Source: Eledone cirrhosa
Lineage: Eukaryota
NCBI GenBank assembly: GCA_964016885.1
Contig: OZ024742.1
Span: 220,968,001 to 221,032,000 of the forward strand
DNA length: 64,000 bases
Direction of reading: 5' to 3'
Numbering within the stretch: position 1 is the first letter of the stretch; the number at the start of each line of letters is the position of its first letter. The position numbers were made by a program, and so were the translations under genes. Under the pieces are notes generated by a model. That model was not told where the DNA came from and made no database searches. It saw only the letters and a list, made by a program, of their open reading frames with translations. Positions 28,006 through 41,419 of this stretch are shown piece after piece.

Positions 28006-28464
28006 AATATCTCCTCAAATACAGAATTAACGAAAGGTTGTAACTGTAGAAACAAAGCAAACTGCCCATTAAAAGGAAATTGTCTTGTTAACAACATAGT
28101 TTATAAATGTAAAGTTAAAACTAAAGATTCTATTTGCTCATATATAGGAGCTACTTCTAACAATTTTAAGGTAAGGTTTAATACCCACAAACATAGTTTT
28201 AAAAATGCCGCACTGGCTAATACAACATCTCTAGCAGAAAAAAATAATAGTTATAGAAATAAGAATATAGAATATGATATGACCTGGAGTGTGCTCAAAA
28301 GAGCCACCCCTTATCAAAATAATAGAAATGAATGTAGATTATGTTCCCAAGAACTATTTGAAATAATGAAATCTAAGGATATCCTATTAAATAAGCGACA
28401 TGAATTAATTATATCGTGTAATCATAAACTGAGAAAAACATTTAAATATTATAAACCTAAATAA
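28006..28464 (+). pseudogene. GIY-YIG endonuclease domain of a Naiad-type PLE (5'-truncated)
   Basis: CNCRNKANCPLKGNC..IVYKC..YIGAT..FKVRFNTHKHSF..CRLCSQE..LLNKRHE..CNH; homologous to C-terminus of ORF 58345-59667. Confidence 0.9.
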
Positions 28465-28936
28465 TAATATATATTTTAGAAATTTAGAAATTAATATATA
28501 ATTTAATTTAAATGTAGATAACCTATAAATTTAATTTAATTAAATTTCTAATACAGATGAGATAAAAAATATTGTGTAATCATAAATAGTGAAAAACTTT
28601 TAAATATTATTAACATAATTAATATATACTTTGTAAATTAATTTATTGATTAATTTTAGTTTATTTAACCTTTTATTAAAATTCCTTTATAGATGAAATA
28701 TAACAAAATATCGTGTAATCCATAACAGAGAAATATTTTTTAATATTATAAACCTAATTAATGTACAATTTAGAAACTTATTTATAAATTAATTTTAATT
28801 TAGTTAACCTATAATTTTAATTTAATTAGCTTAAAATTAAAATTCCAATACAGATGGATTGCAGAATATCATGTAATCATAAACTGAGATAAATTTTTAA
28901 ATATATACCTAATTAATATATTCTTTACAATTAAAA

Positions 28937-28974
<38 letters not shown>

Positions 28975-29400
28975 TATTTTTAATTTTTGTTAACCTATAA
29001 TTATATTCTACTATAGATAAAATACAAAATCTGCTTTAATTATTATAAACCTAATTAACATATACTATAGAAATTAATATATAATTCTTTAATTTAGTTA
29101 ACCTATAATTTATATTCTACTACCGATGAAATACTTGATTTGGTTTTCCCTATTACTAAATTCATTTCCTAATATTGATACCATAATGTTAATATTTTAA
29201 TTTAGTTATGATATAATTAATATTCTACTACTGTTTAACTTCAAAATTCGCTTCAAATATTATAAACCTAAGTAGTATACACCTTAGAAATCAATATATT
29301 AACTAATTTTAATTTAGTTAACCTTTAATTAATAGTCTACTTATATTAAAATGCATAATTTTGCCTTCTTTCTTACATTTCCTAATACTGAAACTACTAT
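28412..29400 (+). repeat. degenerate 140-160 bp AT-rich tandem repeat derived from the ORF 3' end
   Basis: tgtaatcataaac..aaatattataaacctaa recurs at about 28412, 28572, 28709, 28868 and more weakly beyond. Confidence 0.75.
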
Positions 29401-29616
29401 GTAAACATATATTATGATCTAAATGCAGATTAATATTCTATGTTCCTTGAAACCTATATTTACTTTTTCCCACTAATAATTTTAATCCCCCCCCCCTATA
29501 ATTATTTATATTTGTAAGCGTGGATGAATGTATATGTATGTAAGTAGGTATGTATGTTTGGGTGTTTATATGTGAGTATAAAAATACATATGTGCGCATG
29601 TAAATAAGTGTCTATG

Positions 29617-29619
<3 letters not shown>

Positions 29620-29659
<40 letters not shown>

Positions 29660-29670
29660 GTATATATATG

Positions 29671-29703
<33 letters not shown>

Positions 29704-29883
29704 GTCTATATATGAGTATGTGTGTATGTATATATGTATGCGTGCGTGTGTATATATATTTGTAGAGATGTGTGTATGTGTGTATATATATATATATATG
29801 TGTGCATAATTGTCTGACTGTGTGTATTTATTTATTTATTTATTTATTTTTTATATATATTTATGTGTATGTGTGTATGTATG

Positions 29884-29947
<64 letters not shown>

Positions 29948-30007
29948 TATATGTATATATGAGTGTATGTATATATGTGTGTGTGTGTATATATATATAT
30001 CTATGTG

Positions 30008-30084
<77 letters not shown>

Positions 30085-30486
30085 GTGTATATGTATGTAT
30101 GTATATCTCTTTATTTATGTATGTCTGAGTTGTGTGAGCGTGTGGTTGTATGTGTATATACATACATGGATATGTGTATGTGTGTGTATATATACGTATA
30201 TGTGTGTGTGTGTGTTGTGTGTGTGTATATATATATATGTATATATGTGTGTGTATGTATATATGTATATATGTGTGTATATATGTGTGTATATATATGT
30301 GTCTGTATGTATATATGTGTATATATATATGTGTGTGTATGTGTGTGTACATATATGTGTATATATGTATGTGAGTTGTGAATATATGTATATATATATG
30401 TGTGTTTGTATGTGTGTCTATGTATTTATATATGTATGTGTATGTGTATCTGTGTATGTATGTGTGTATGTATATGTGTATATATG

Positions 30487-30539
<53 letters not shown>

Positions 30540-30550
30540 GTATATATATG

Positions 30551-30583
<33 letters not shown>

Positions 30584-30778
30584 GTTTATATATGAGTATG
30601 TGTGTATGTATATATGTATGCGTGCGTGTGTATATGTGTATATATATTTGTAGAGATGTGTGTATGTGTGTATATATATATATATATATATGTGTGCATA
30701 ATTGTCTGACTGTGTGTATTTATTTATTTATTTATTTATTTTTTTATATATATTTATGTGTATGTGTGTATGTATGTA

Positions 30779-30837
<59 letters not shown>

Positions 30838-30888
30838 GAGTGTATGTATATATGTGTGTGTGTGTGTGTGTGTATATATATCTATGTG

Positions 30889-30951
<63 letters not shown>

Positions 30952-31346
30952 GTGTATATGTATGTATGTATATCTCTTTATTTATGTATGTCTGAGTTGT
31001 GTGAGCGTGTGGTTGTATGTGTATATACATACATGGATATGTGTATGTGTGTGTATATATACGTATATGTATGTGTGTGTGTGTTGTGTGTGTGTATATA
31101 TATATATGTATATATGTGTGTGTATGTATATATATATGTATATATGTGTGTATATATATGTGTCTGTATGTATATATGTGTATATATATATGTGTGTGTA
31201 TGTGTGTGTACATATATATTATATATATATATGTGAGTTGTGAATATATGTATATATATATGTGTTTGTATGTGTGTCTATGTATTTATATATGTATGTG
31301 TATGTGTATCTGTGTATGTATGTGTGTATGTATATGTGTATATATG

Positions 31347-31391
<45 letters not shown>

Positions 31392-31402
31392 GTATATATA
31401 TG

Positions 31403-31435
<33 letters not shown>

Positions 31436-31617
31436 GTCTATATATGACTATGTGTGTATGTATATATGTATGCGTGCGTGTGTATATATATTTGTAGAGA
31501 TGTGTGTATGTATGTATATATATATATATATATGTGTGCATAATTGTCTGACTGTGTGTATTTATTTATTTATTTATTTATTTTTTATATATATTTATGT
31601 GTATGTGTGTATGTATG

Positions 31618-31682
<65 letters not shown>

Positions 31683-31745
31683 GAGTGTATGTATATATGT
31701 GTGTGTGTGTGTGTGTATATATATCTATGTGTATGTATATATATA

Positions 31746-31810
<65 letters not shown>

Positions 31811-32220
31811 GTGTATATGTATGTATGTATATCTCTTTATTTATGTATGTCTGAGTTGTGTGAGCGTGTGGTTGTATGTGTATATACATACATGGATATG
31901 TGTATGTGTGTGTATATATACGTATATGTATGTGTGTGTGTGTGTTGTGTGTGTGTATATATATATATGTATATATGTGTGTGTATGTATATATATATGT
32001 ATATATGTGTGTATATATGTGTGTATATATATGTGTCTGTGTGTATATATGTGTATATATATATGTGTGTGTATGTGTGTGTACATATATGTGTATATAT
32101 GTATGTGAGTTGTGAATATATGTATATATATATGTGTGTTTGTATATGTGTCTATGTATTTATATATGTATGTGTATGTGTATCTGTGTATGTATGTGTG
32201 TATGTATATGTGTATATATG

Positions 32221-32273
<53 letters not shown>

Positions 32274-32284
32274 GTATATATATG

Positions 32285-32317
<33 letters not shown>

Positions 32318-32499
32318 GTCTATATATGACTATGTGTGTATGTATATATGTATGCGTGCGTGTGTATATATATTTGTAGAGATGTGTGTATGTATGTATA
32401 TATATATATATATATGTGTGCATAATTGTCTGACTGTGTGTATTTATTTATTTATTTATTTATTTTTTATATATATTTATGTGTATGTGTGTATGTATG

Positions 32500-32568
<69 letters not shown>

Positions 32569-32631
32569 GAGTGTATGTATATATGTGTGTGTGTGTGTGT
32601 GTATATATATCTATGTGTATGTATATATATA

Positions 32632-32686
<55 letters not shown>

Positions 32687-33120
32687 GTGTATATGTATGT
32701 ATGTATATCTCTTTATTTATGTATGTCTGAGTTGTGTGAGCGTGTGGTTGTATGTGTATATACATACATGGATATGTGTATGTGTGTGTATATATACGTA
32801 TATGTATGTGTGTGTGTGTGTTGTGTGTGTGTATATTGTGTGTGTTGTGTGTGTGTATATATATATATGTATATATGTGTGTGTATGTATATATATATGT
32901 ATATATGTGTGTATATATGTGTGTATATATATGTGTCTGTGTGTATATATGTGTATATATATATGTGTGTGTATGTGTGTGTACATATATGTGTATATAT
33001 GTATGTGAGTTGTATATATATGTATATATATATGTGTGTTTGTATGTGTGTCTATGTATTTATATATGTATGTGTATGTGTATCTGTGTATGTATGTGTG
33101 TATGTATATGTGTATATATG

Positions 33121-33195
<75 letters not shown>
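29620..33195. repeat. four tandem copies of an 840-890 bp compound-microsatellite unit
   Basis: Markers gcataattgtctgactg (about 29804, 30696, 31538, 32420) and gagttgtgtgagcgtgtgg (about 30127, 30994, 31853, 32728); fifth shortened copy at about 34572-35360. Confidence 0.9.
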
Positions 33196-34622
<1,427 letters not shown>

Positions 34623-34633
34623 GTATATATATG

Positions 34634-34666
<33 letters not shown>

Positions 34667-34857
34667 GTCTATATATGAATATGTGTGTATTTATATATGT
34701 ATGCGTGCGTGTGTATATGTGTATATATATTTGTAGAGATGTGTGTATGTGTGTATATATATATATATATATGTGTGCATAATTGTCTGACTGTGTGTAT
34801 TTATTTATTTATTTATTTATTTTTTTATATATATTTATGTGTATGTGTGTATGTATG

Positions 34858-34940
<83 letters not shown>

Positions 34941-34989
34941 GAGTGTATGTATATATGTGTGTGTGTGTGTGTGTATATATATCTATGTG

Positions 34990-35026
<37 letters not shown>

Positions 35027-35263
35027 GTGTATATGTATGTATGTATATCTCTTTATTTATGTATGTCTGAGTTGTGTGAGCGTGTGGTTGTATGTGTATA
35101 TACATACATGGATATGTGTATGTGTGTGTATATATACGTATATGTATGTGAGTTGTGAATATATGTATATATATATGTGTGTTTGTATGTGTGTCTATGT
35201 ATTTATATATGTATGTGTATGTGTATCTGTGTATGTATGTGTGTATGTATATGTGTATATATG

Positions 35264-35320
<57 letters not shown>

Positions 35321-35991
35321 GTATATATATGTATATGTATGTATATATATGTATGTATGTATATGTATATCGGTATGTATTTCATGTATGAGTATATTTT
35401 ACTTGTTTATATATATATATTTTTTTTAATATATTTCTTTTTATTTCTAAATTTATAGATACATTTTATAAATAGGCAGTTCCCTGACACCCTTAGTAAT
35501 TACTGAACCCCTTACCCACTTCTGCATTTGGATGTAAAAATATATGTGGCAGTGTTTATGTGTGTGCCTAAATATCCATATAGTTATAATAATAATATAC
35601 ATATGTGTGTGTGTGTGTGAGTGTGTGTGTATATGTTCGTGGGTATGTGTATGTTTATGTGTATATGCGCGCGTGTGTGTGTGAATGTGTGTATATATAT
35701 GTGTGTATATATGAATCTATATATGTTTATATGCGTATGTGTATTTTATCTGTAGATTATAAACATACAGAGACATTAGCCCTGAATTTTTGTATTTACA
35801 TACATTTTTTCAACATGCGTATGCATGTGAACATATATTTTTATGCATATCTGTGAACGAAGTTACTTACATATATACACACACCTAACTGTATTTTCTT
35901 GATATATTTTTGTGTATTTCATTGGTCAATTTGAACTCTGTTCCCAAACAGACCTGTAATTTTGAATTGTTGTTATTATCAATAAATATAT

Positions 35992-36134
35992 TTCATTATT
36001 TCTGAAGACAGCATATGTATGTGTTGGTATGTATATTATATTTGATAATTTGTATAATTTTGTACATAGATCTGTTGAATATGCATACCAATTCTAACAC
36101 ATATATGTCCTAGAAACGATCGTTAAATAATGAA
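35992..36134 (+). ncRNA. type I hammerhead ribozyme motif
   Basis: 10-bp stem I UUCAUUAUUU/AAAUAAUGAA, CUGAAGA 36002-36008, about 100-nt stem II hairpin, GAAAC-GAUC-GUU palindromic stem III. Confidence 0.72.
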
Positions 36135-36183
36135 CTTTTTTTGTTTAATATAAGGAACTGTTTCATTGTTTTATTCATTATTT

Positions 36184-36313
<130 letters not shown>

Positions 36314-36729
36314 GTGTATATATATACATATTTTATTATTTATTTTGTCAATACTGATTAACTATTTTTGTATGTTTATTTGGTCATATTGCTTAAGTAA
36401 ATAGTTATTTATAATATTTTAATCATAACACGTGTAGTCTATAGTCTAAATAAGCATCTCAATTATCGTAGACATTTTTCCCACCTTCTCGCTCCAACGC
36501 TCCACCGTAAAAAAAGTCCAATAAAAAACGAGACCACCATATAAATCTAACTACATTACGTACACACCTCTACATCCATAGAGGCAACCATCTTCTAATC
36601 CTATTGACCCCCTCCCAGAAAAAGAACCCTATTGCTAATTTAGTAACCACTAACACATGCAAATAGCATTGACGAGTAAGTAATATCAATAATGAACAAG
36701 GTCACGATGCAAACGCTAAATCAACTTGC

Positions 36730-37710
36730 CTCTTCTCATAATGGTGTCATCCAACGACAGCCCCCCCCCCCCAATGTGGTTTCCTGCTGAGAAGGGTTCA
36801 TCATGTGGACAGTACCAGGCCCAGAAGCTGGGGTGCCGCTGTGGGAGGGGTTTGGCACACCCAAATTGACCAGTCTCTTCCCTTAGTGGTGTCATCCAGT
36901 GCTGGGCTCCAAAATAAAAAACTGTGTCCCTGCTTTAGGCCAGGCTCCCATACTGCAGTGTCCCGCACCTGTCCTTCCTCACAGTGGTGTCATCCAGTAT
37001 AGGCGCCCCTCAACTATGGTTACACTGTGAGATGGGTTTGGCACGGCCAACTGGCCTGTCCCTCCTAATGGTGGAGCCATCTGACACTGGGCCATGAAAC
37101 TATGGCTACGCTCTGAGATGGGTTAGGCTCCTCATACCAGTGCCATCCAGTATTGGGCTCCAGCTGGTGGTTTTGTACAGAGAAGAGTTCATCGCATGGA
37201 GAGTACCAGGCCCTGAAACTGGGATGCTGCTGTGGGAGGGCTTCGGCTCAGCAAAATTGGCCCGTCCCTTCTCATGGTGGTGCCATCCAATGCGCCCCCC
37301 CCCCCCACAAAAGTTGGTTTCGTACTAAGACGGGATCATCGCATGGTGGAGTCACATGTGGTTATCAGGTTTCGTATTGGGAAGTGTCCGTCGCATGGAG
37401 AGGGCCCGGCTCTGAAACTGGTGTACCACTGTGAGAGGGGTTTGGCACAGTCAACTGGCCTGTCCCTTCTCATAGTCGTGTCACCAGCGCCGGTCTCCGA
37501 AACAGTGGGTCCGATGCGAGATGGGTTTGGCACAGCTAATCGGCCTGTCCTTCCTCAAAGCGGTGCCATCCAGTCCCAGGCTCCCATAGTTCAGTTATAT
37601 ATTGAGAAGTGTCCTTCATGTGGAGAGTGCCTGGCTTTGAAATTGGTGTGTCTCTGTGAGAAGGGTTCGGTGTGACCAACTGACCTGTCTCTCCTCATAA
37701 CGGAGCCATT
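36730..37710. repeat. GC-rich degenerate tandem repeat
   Basis: Recurring tggtg(t/c)catcca, gag(a)(t/g)gggtttggcac, aactggcctgtcccttctca modules, variable spacing. Confidence 0.65.
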
Positions 37711-38362
37711 CATTTCCACACTGTAAACATGGTTGGTATTAGGAAGGGCATCCAGCTGTAAAATACCCAGCCAAATTTACAGTCCTTTCCAGAGCAAGGT
37801 GCGACACATGGCCAACCCTGGCCAGACTTGCCTCCCGGCGTGGACGAACTGTCTATCCCATGCAAGCATTGAATGGAAATGATGATGATGATGATATATA
37901 TCAATTAAAAAGTTATCTGTCTCTAATACTTAGACATCTCAATGAAGGATAAAATATACAGATAAAATATCAAACTCAGAAAAGTAATTAAACACATTGA
38001 ACTTAAGCCAAATCTCAATTTGGAGGGATATAAGCCAGACTGACTAGAATAAGCCAGTCTAACTCATAATTCCTTAACTGCAGTTTCTGGAATCGAATAA
38101 TTATTTCAAAACATTGAAACAACCAAAATTGGAAGAATTTGATTCTGTCCTTTAGGAAGAGAATTCTTTGGAACACAAAGAGATATTGAAAATAAAGTTT
38201 ACAGACCATATCGTTGCTGAAACGACATGGTGTCTAACATGCAGCATCACCGAACTATTAAATGAACATATCTCTCTATATATATTAGGACAATATGACA
38301 AGCTTACAGTGATGCTAGGAATAGCAGCAAAAAACCTGTCTAAATCTAAGTTTGATTATATA

Positions 38363-38416
<54 letters not shown>

Positions 38417-38439
38417 TAAATTAATAAAAACAATGAAAT

Positions 38440-40525
38440 TATAACAAAATACTGGTGTGTATGAATGTAACAAAGACGATTGGTTTGTGTGTATAATATT
38501 TAATCAACAATTTGTGGATATATAGAACAGTATAGTTGACATGTCAATGAATAGATGAAAGAATGAAGCAAAGTTATTAGTTACCGTTTCATTGCCAGAC
38601 GAACGTGGCTGGCAGAAGACGCCTGGCGAAGGCCAGGCGCCGGAAGGGCAAATGAGAGGTAGGGAGCTTAACGTTATTAGTTTTATAGGGTTCTGACCGG
38701 AAGTTACAGAAAGGGTTCTACTTCCTGTCTAGAGAGCGTTAATCTATTGGGGATGTGAGTGTCACAAAAAGGGAGGCAACTCCTGCTACATTACTTCCCG
38801 CCAGATTTTTAAAATATAAAAATCGAATGAAATATGTATGTAGCAAGTTGGCGAGAATGTTGTAACAGGCATGAAAATTACTAAAAAGAAAAATGTTTGC
38901 AAAAATCAATGATAGATATCAAGGTAGCCAACCGCTCTTGGGCAGAGAACGACTGGACATCTATCTATCCATCATCCAAAGATACAATGTAACAAAGTAT
39001 GAGAAGAGCTCAAAGTTCAAATGTACAAAATATAGTTCACAGGTGTGCAATCACATGACAGCAGGAAAGAAAGTGTGTTCCAGAGAATGAATGCAGGTGG
39101 TTTCTGTTCTGTGGTATATCGTGAAATTTCCAACCTCCGAATGGATTTTCTCACAGGAAGAGTGCTGCAAAAATAAATTCTCTGGCTTGTTCTGCTGGTT
39201 TTGGTTGTTGATGAAGCTGTGTTGCTGTTGATGTTGTTTTCTCGCGGAGTGAGCGTATTCGATGTTTAAATTCACAGTAAAAAAAATTTTTAAGAAAAAT
39301 TGAGTTGCGCAAAGTACTAGAAATAACAGCCGAAGCTGATGGTCGATGTTGAGAATGCGTTGACCTGAAAGGGTCAAGAGGCCAGCGACCAAAGAAATAA
39401 GCATTCTGAATAAATGCGCAGTTTTCAACGGCAAATTTACATGGTAAATTTATAAACCGGCAAATAGAAGAATATAGCTTAAGGCTGGAGAATCCTTGGC
39501 GAGAAACGTTATCTCTGGCGTGCGGCTATCTCTGTGAGTCGAGAAATCCTGCTGCCTACACGTGCCAAAACAAGGTTAAGTTGAAAATATAATATTTCTA
39601 ATGCGCGAGAAAATGGCGCGAAAATGATAGTGCAACAGGTCGTTGGCAGCCATTTTGAAAAAATGTGTGTGTGAAAGTGACAATGATGAAAAAGAAAGAA
39701 AGGCTTCACTTAGCATAACAAATATGGCGAGTTCAATTTGTTTATTTTTTATTTTTGGTGTGAACTTTGAAAAAAAACTTGAACGATGAAGAAAACGATG
39801 AAAAAAAAGGCAATGGTTGAGGTTCATCGAAAATAAATGTTCCTGTTGTAATGTTTTTAAAAAAAAATCAAATTTCTTTTTTTTTGTTTGTTTTTAAAGT
39901 GTTCGTTGTAAGAAACGAGAAAGAGATATATATATATACAGTGAAATGCGACAGTTAGTAGTTGCGTGAGGGAAAAAGAGTGTCTAAACGAAAATTTCAC
40001 ATGTGCGTGTTCGTTTCTTTGACTGCGTATTTTCATAGTTTGTCAATAAAATTTTGCTGTGTATTCGTAATGTTACTCACACAACACCATATTCTAATAT
40101 TTTTTTCTTTTTTCGGGGTCACCACTTATAACAATGAACGGCTGCGTGTTCGTATCACGTCGGGGGTCACCAATTATAACAAAATACTGGTGTGTATGAA
40201 TGTAACAGAGACGATTGGTTTGTGTGTATAATATTTAATCAACAATTTGTGGATATATAGAACAGTATAGTTGACATGTCAATGAATAGATGAAAGAATG
40301 AAGCAAAGTTATTAGTTACCGTTTCATTGCCAGACGAACGTGGCTGGCAGAAGACGCCTGGCGAAGGCCAGGCGCCGGAAGGGCAGATGAGAGGTAGGGA
40401 GCTTAACGTTATTAGTTTTATAGGGTTCTGACCGGAAGTTACAGAAAGGGTTCTACTTCCTGTCTAGAGAGCGTTAATCTATTGGGGATGTGAGTGTCAC
40501 AACAAGGGAGGCAACTCCTGCTACA
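38440..40525 (-). mobile_element. non-autonomous LTR element (TRIM/LARD-like, 2086 bp)
   Basis: 351-bp LTRs 38440-38790 and 40175-40525 (3 differences seen), TSD aaat at 38436-38439 and 40526-40529, tRNA-Trp PBS ending at 40172, PPT-like ggcgggaagtaa on minus next to 38790; no pol similarity seen inside. Confidence 0.92.
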
Positions 40526-41030
40526 AAATAAAAACAAAGAACAGGTTCCTTATATTGAAAAAAATCATTATTTTACGATCATTTCTGGGATATATATGTG
40601 TGTTGGTATGTATATCATATTAAAGATCTATGTAAAAAAATATTACAAATTATCAGAGGAGATATACATACCTTCACCTATATATGCCATCTTCAGAAAT
40701 GAAGATAGCATATATAGGTGAAGGTATGTATATCTCCTCTGATAATTTGTAATATTTTTTTACATAGATCTTTAATATGATATACATACCAACACACATA
40801 TATATCCCAGAAATGGTCATAAAATAATGATTTTTTCAATATAAGGAACCTGTTCTTTGTTTTTATTTCATTGTTTTTATTAATTTATCTTGACTCTGTT
40901 TTCCTAAGATTTTTATCGTTAAATGTTGAATGCATTTTCTCTTTTCATGGTATCTTCTATATTTGGATTACATTGAGTTCTTCATACGGATTGGACACTA
41001 CCGTTTATTTTGGTAGATTTATCTACATAT
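40526..41030. mobile_element. fold-back of PLE pseudo-LTR 3' end (left arm continues at 38415-38439)
   Basis: 40526-40695 is the reverse complement of 40700-40868; related to 26000-26350 (ccgtatgaagaactcaat, gtagataaatctacca). Confidence 0.85.
40565..40700 (-). ncRNA. type I hammerhead ribozyme motif
   Basis: Minus: AUUU-CUGAAGA-UGG...CCA-GAAA-UGAUCG-UA-AAAU; plus arm copy lacks C3. Confidence 0.68.
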
Positions 41031-41318
41031 AGGTTGTAATAAAATGAAAACGAAATTTCATTTCTCACTCTTAGTACGGCACTTACTTAAATGTAAGTAT
41101 GTATGTATACGTACATACATATATGTATACAGACGTACAGTAGCATGCATATATATATATATACATACAGGTACACATACATATATGCACGTATCAGTTT
41201 AGCGGACGCTTATTATAACGCCCGCTTTGTTCGTTTGTAAACAAACTGAACAGCCTGAATTTATGCCGTACGGTGTTAAGGCAACCACGTCACCTTTTTG
41301 TTCAACACTGACACAGGA

Positions 41319-41361
41319 ACGATGTACTAGTTTCAAGCTTGTTAGCTATCATCAGCACCGT
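41319..41361 (-). ncRNA. minimal type I hammerhead ribozyme motif
   Basis: ACGGUG-CUGAUGA-u-AGCU-AACA-AGCU-u-GAAAC-UA-GUA-CAUCGU; palindromic ACUAGU stem III. Confidence 0.68.
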
Positions 41362-41419
41362 ATACCCTTCTGCCAGATAGTTGAACGTTCGAAAGTATAT
41401 ACTTTCCTTATGAAAATCA

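Noticed and set aside
40136-40172. Functional tRNA-Trp gene
   Set aside because: Only the 3' half with encoded CCA is present, adjacent to an LTR; it is primer-derived.
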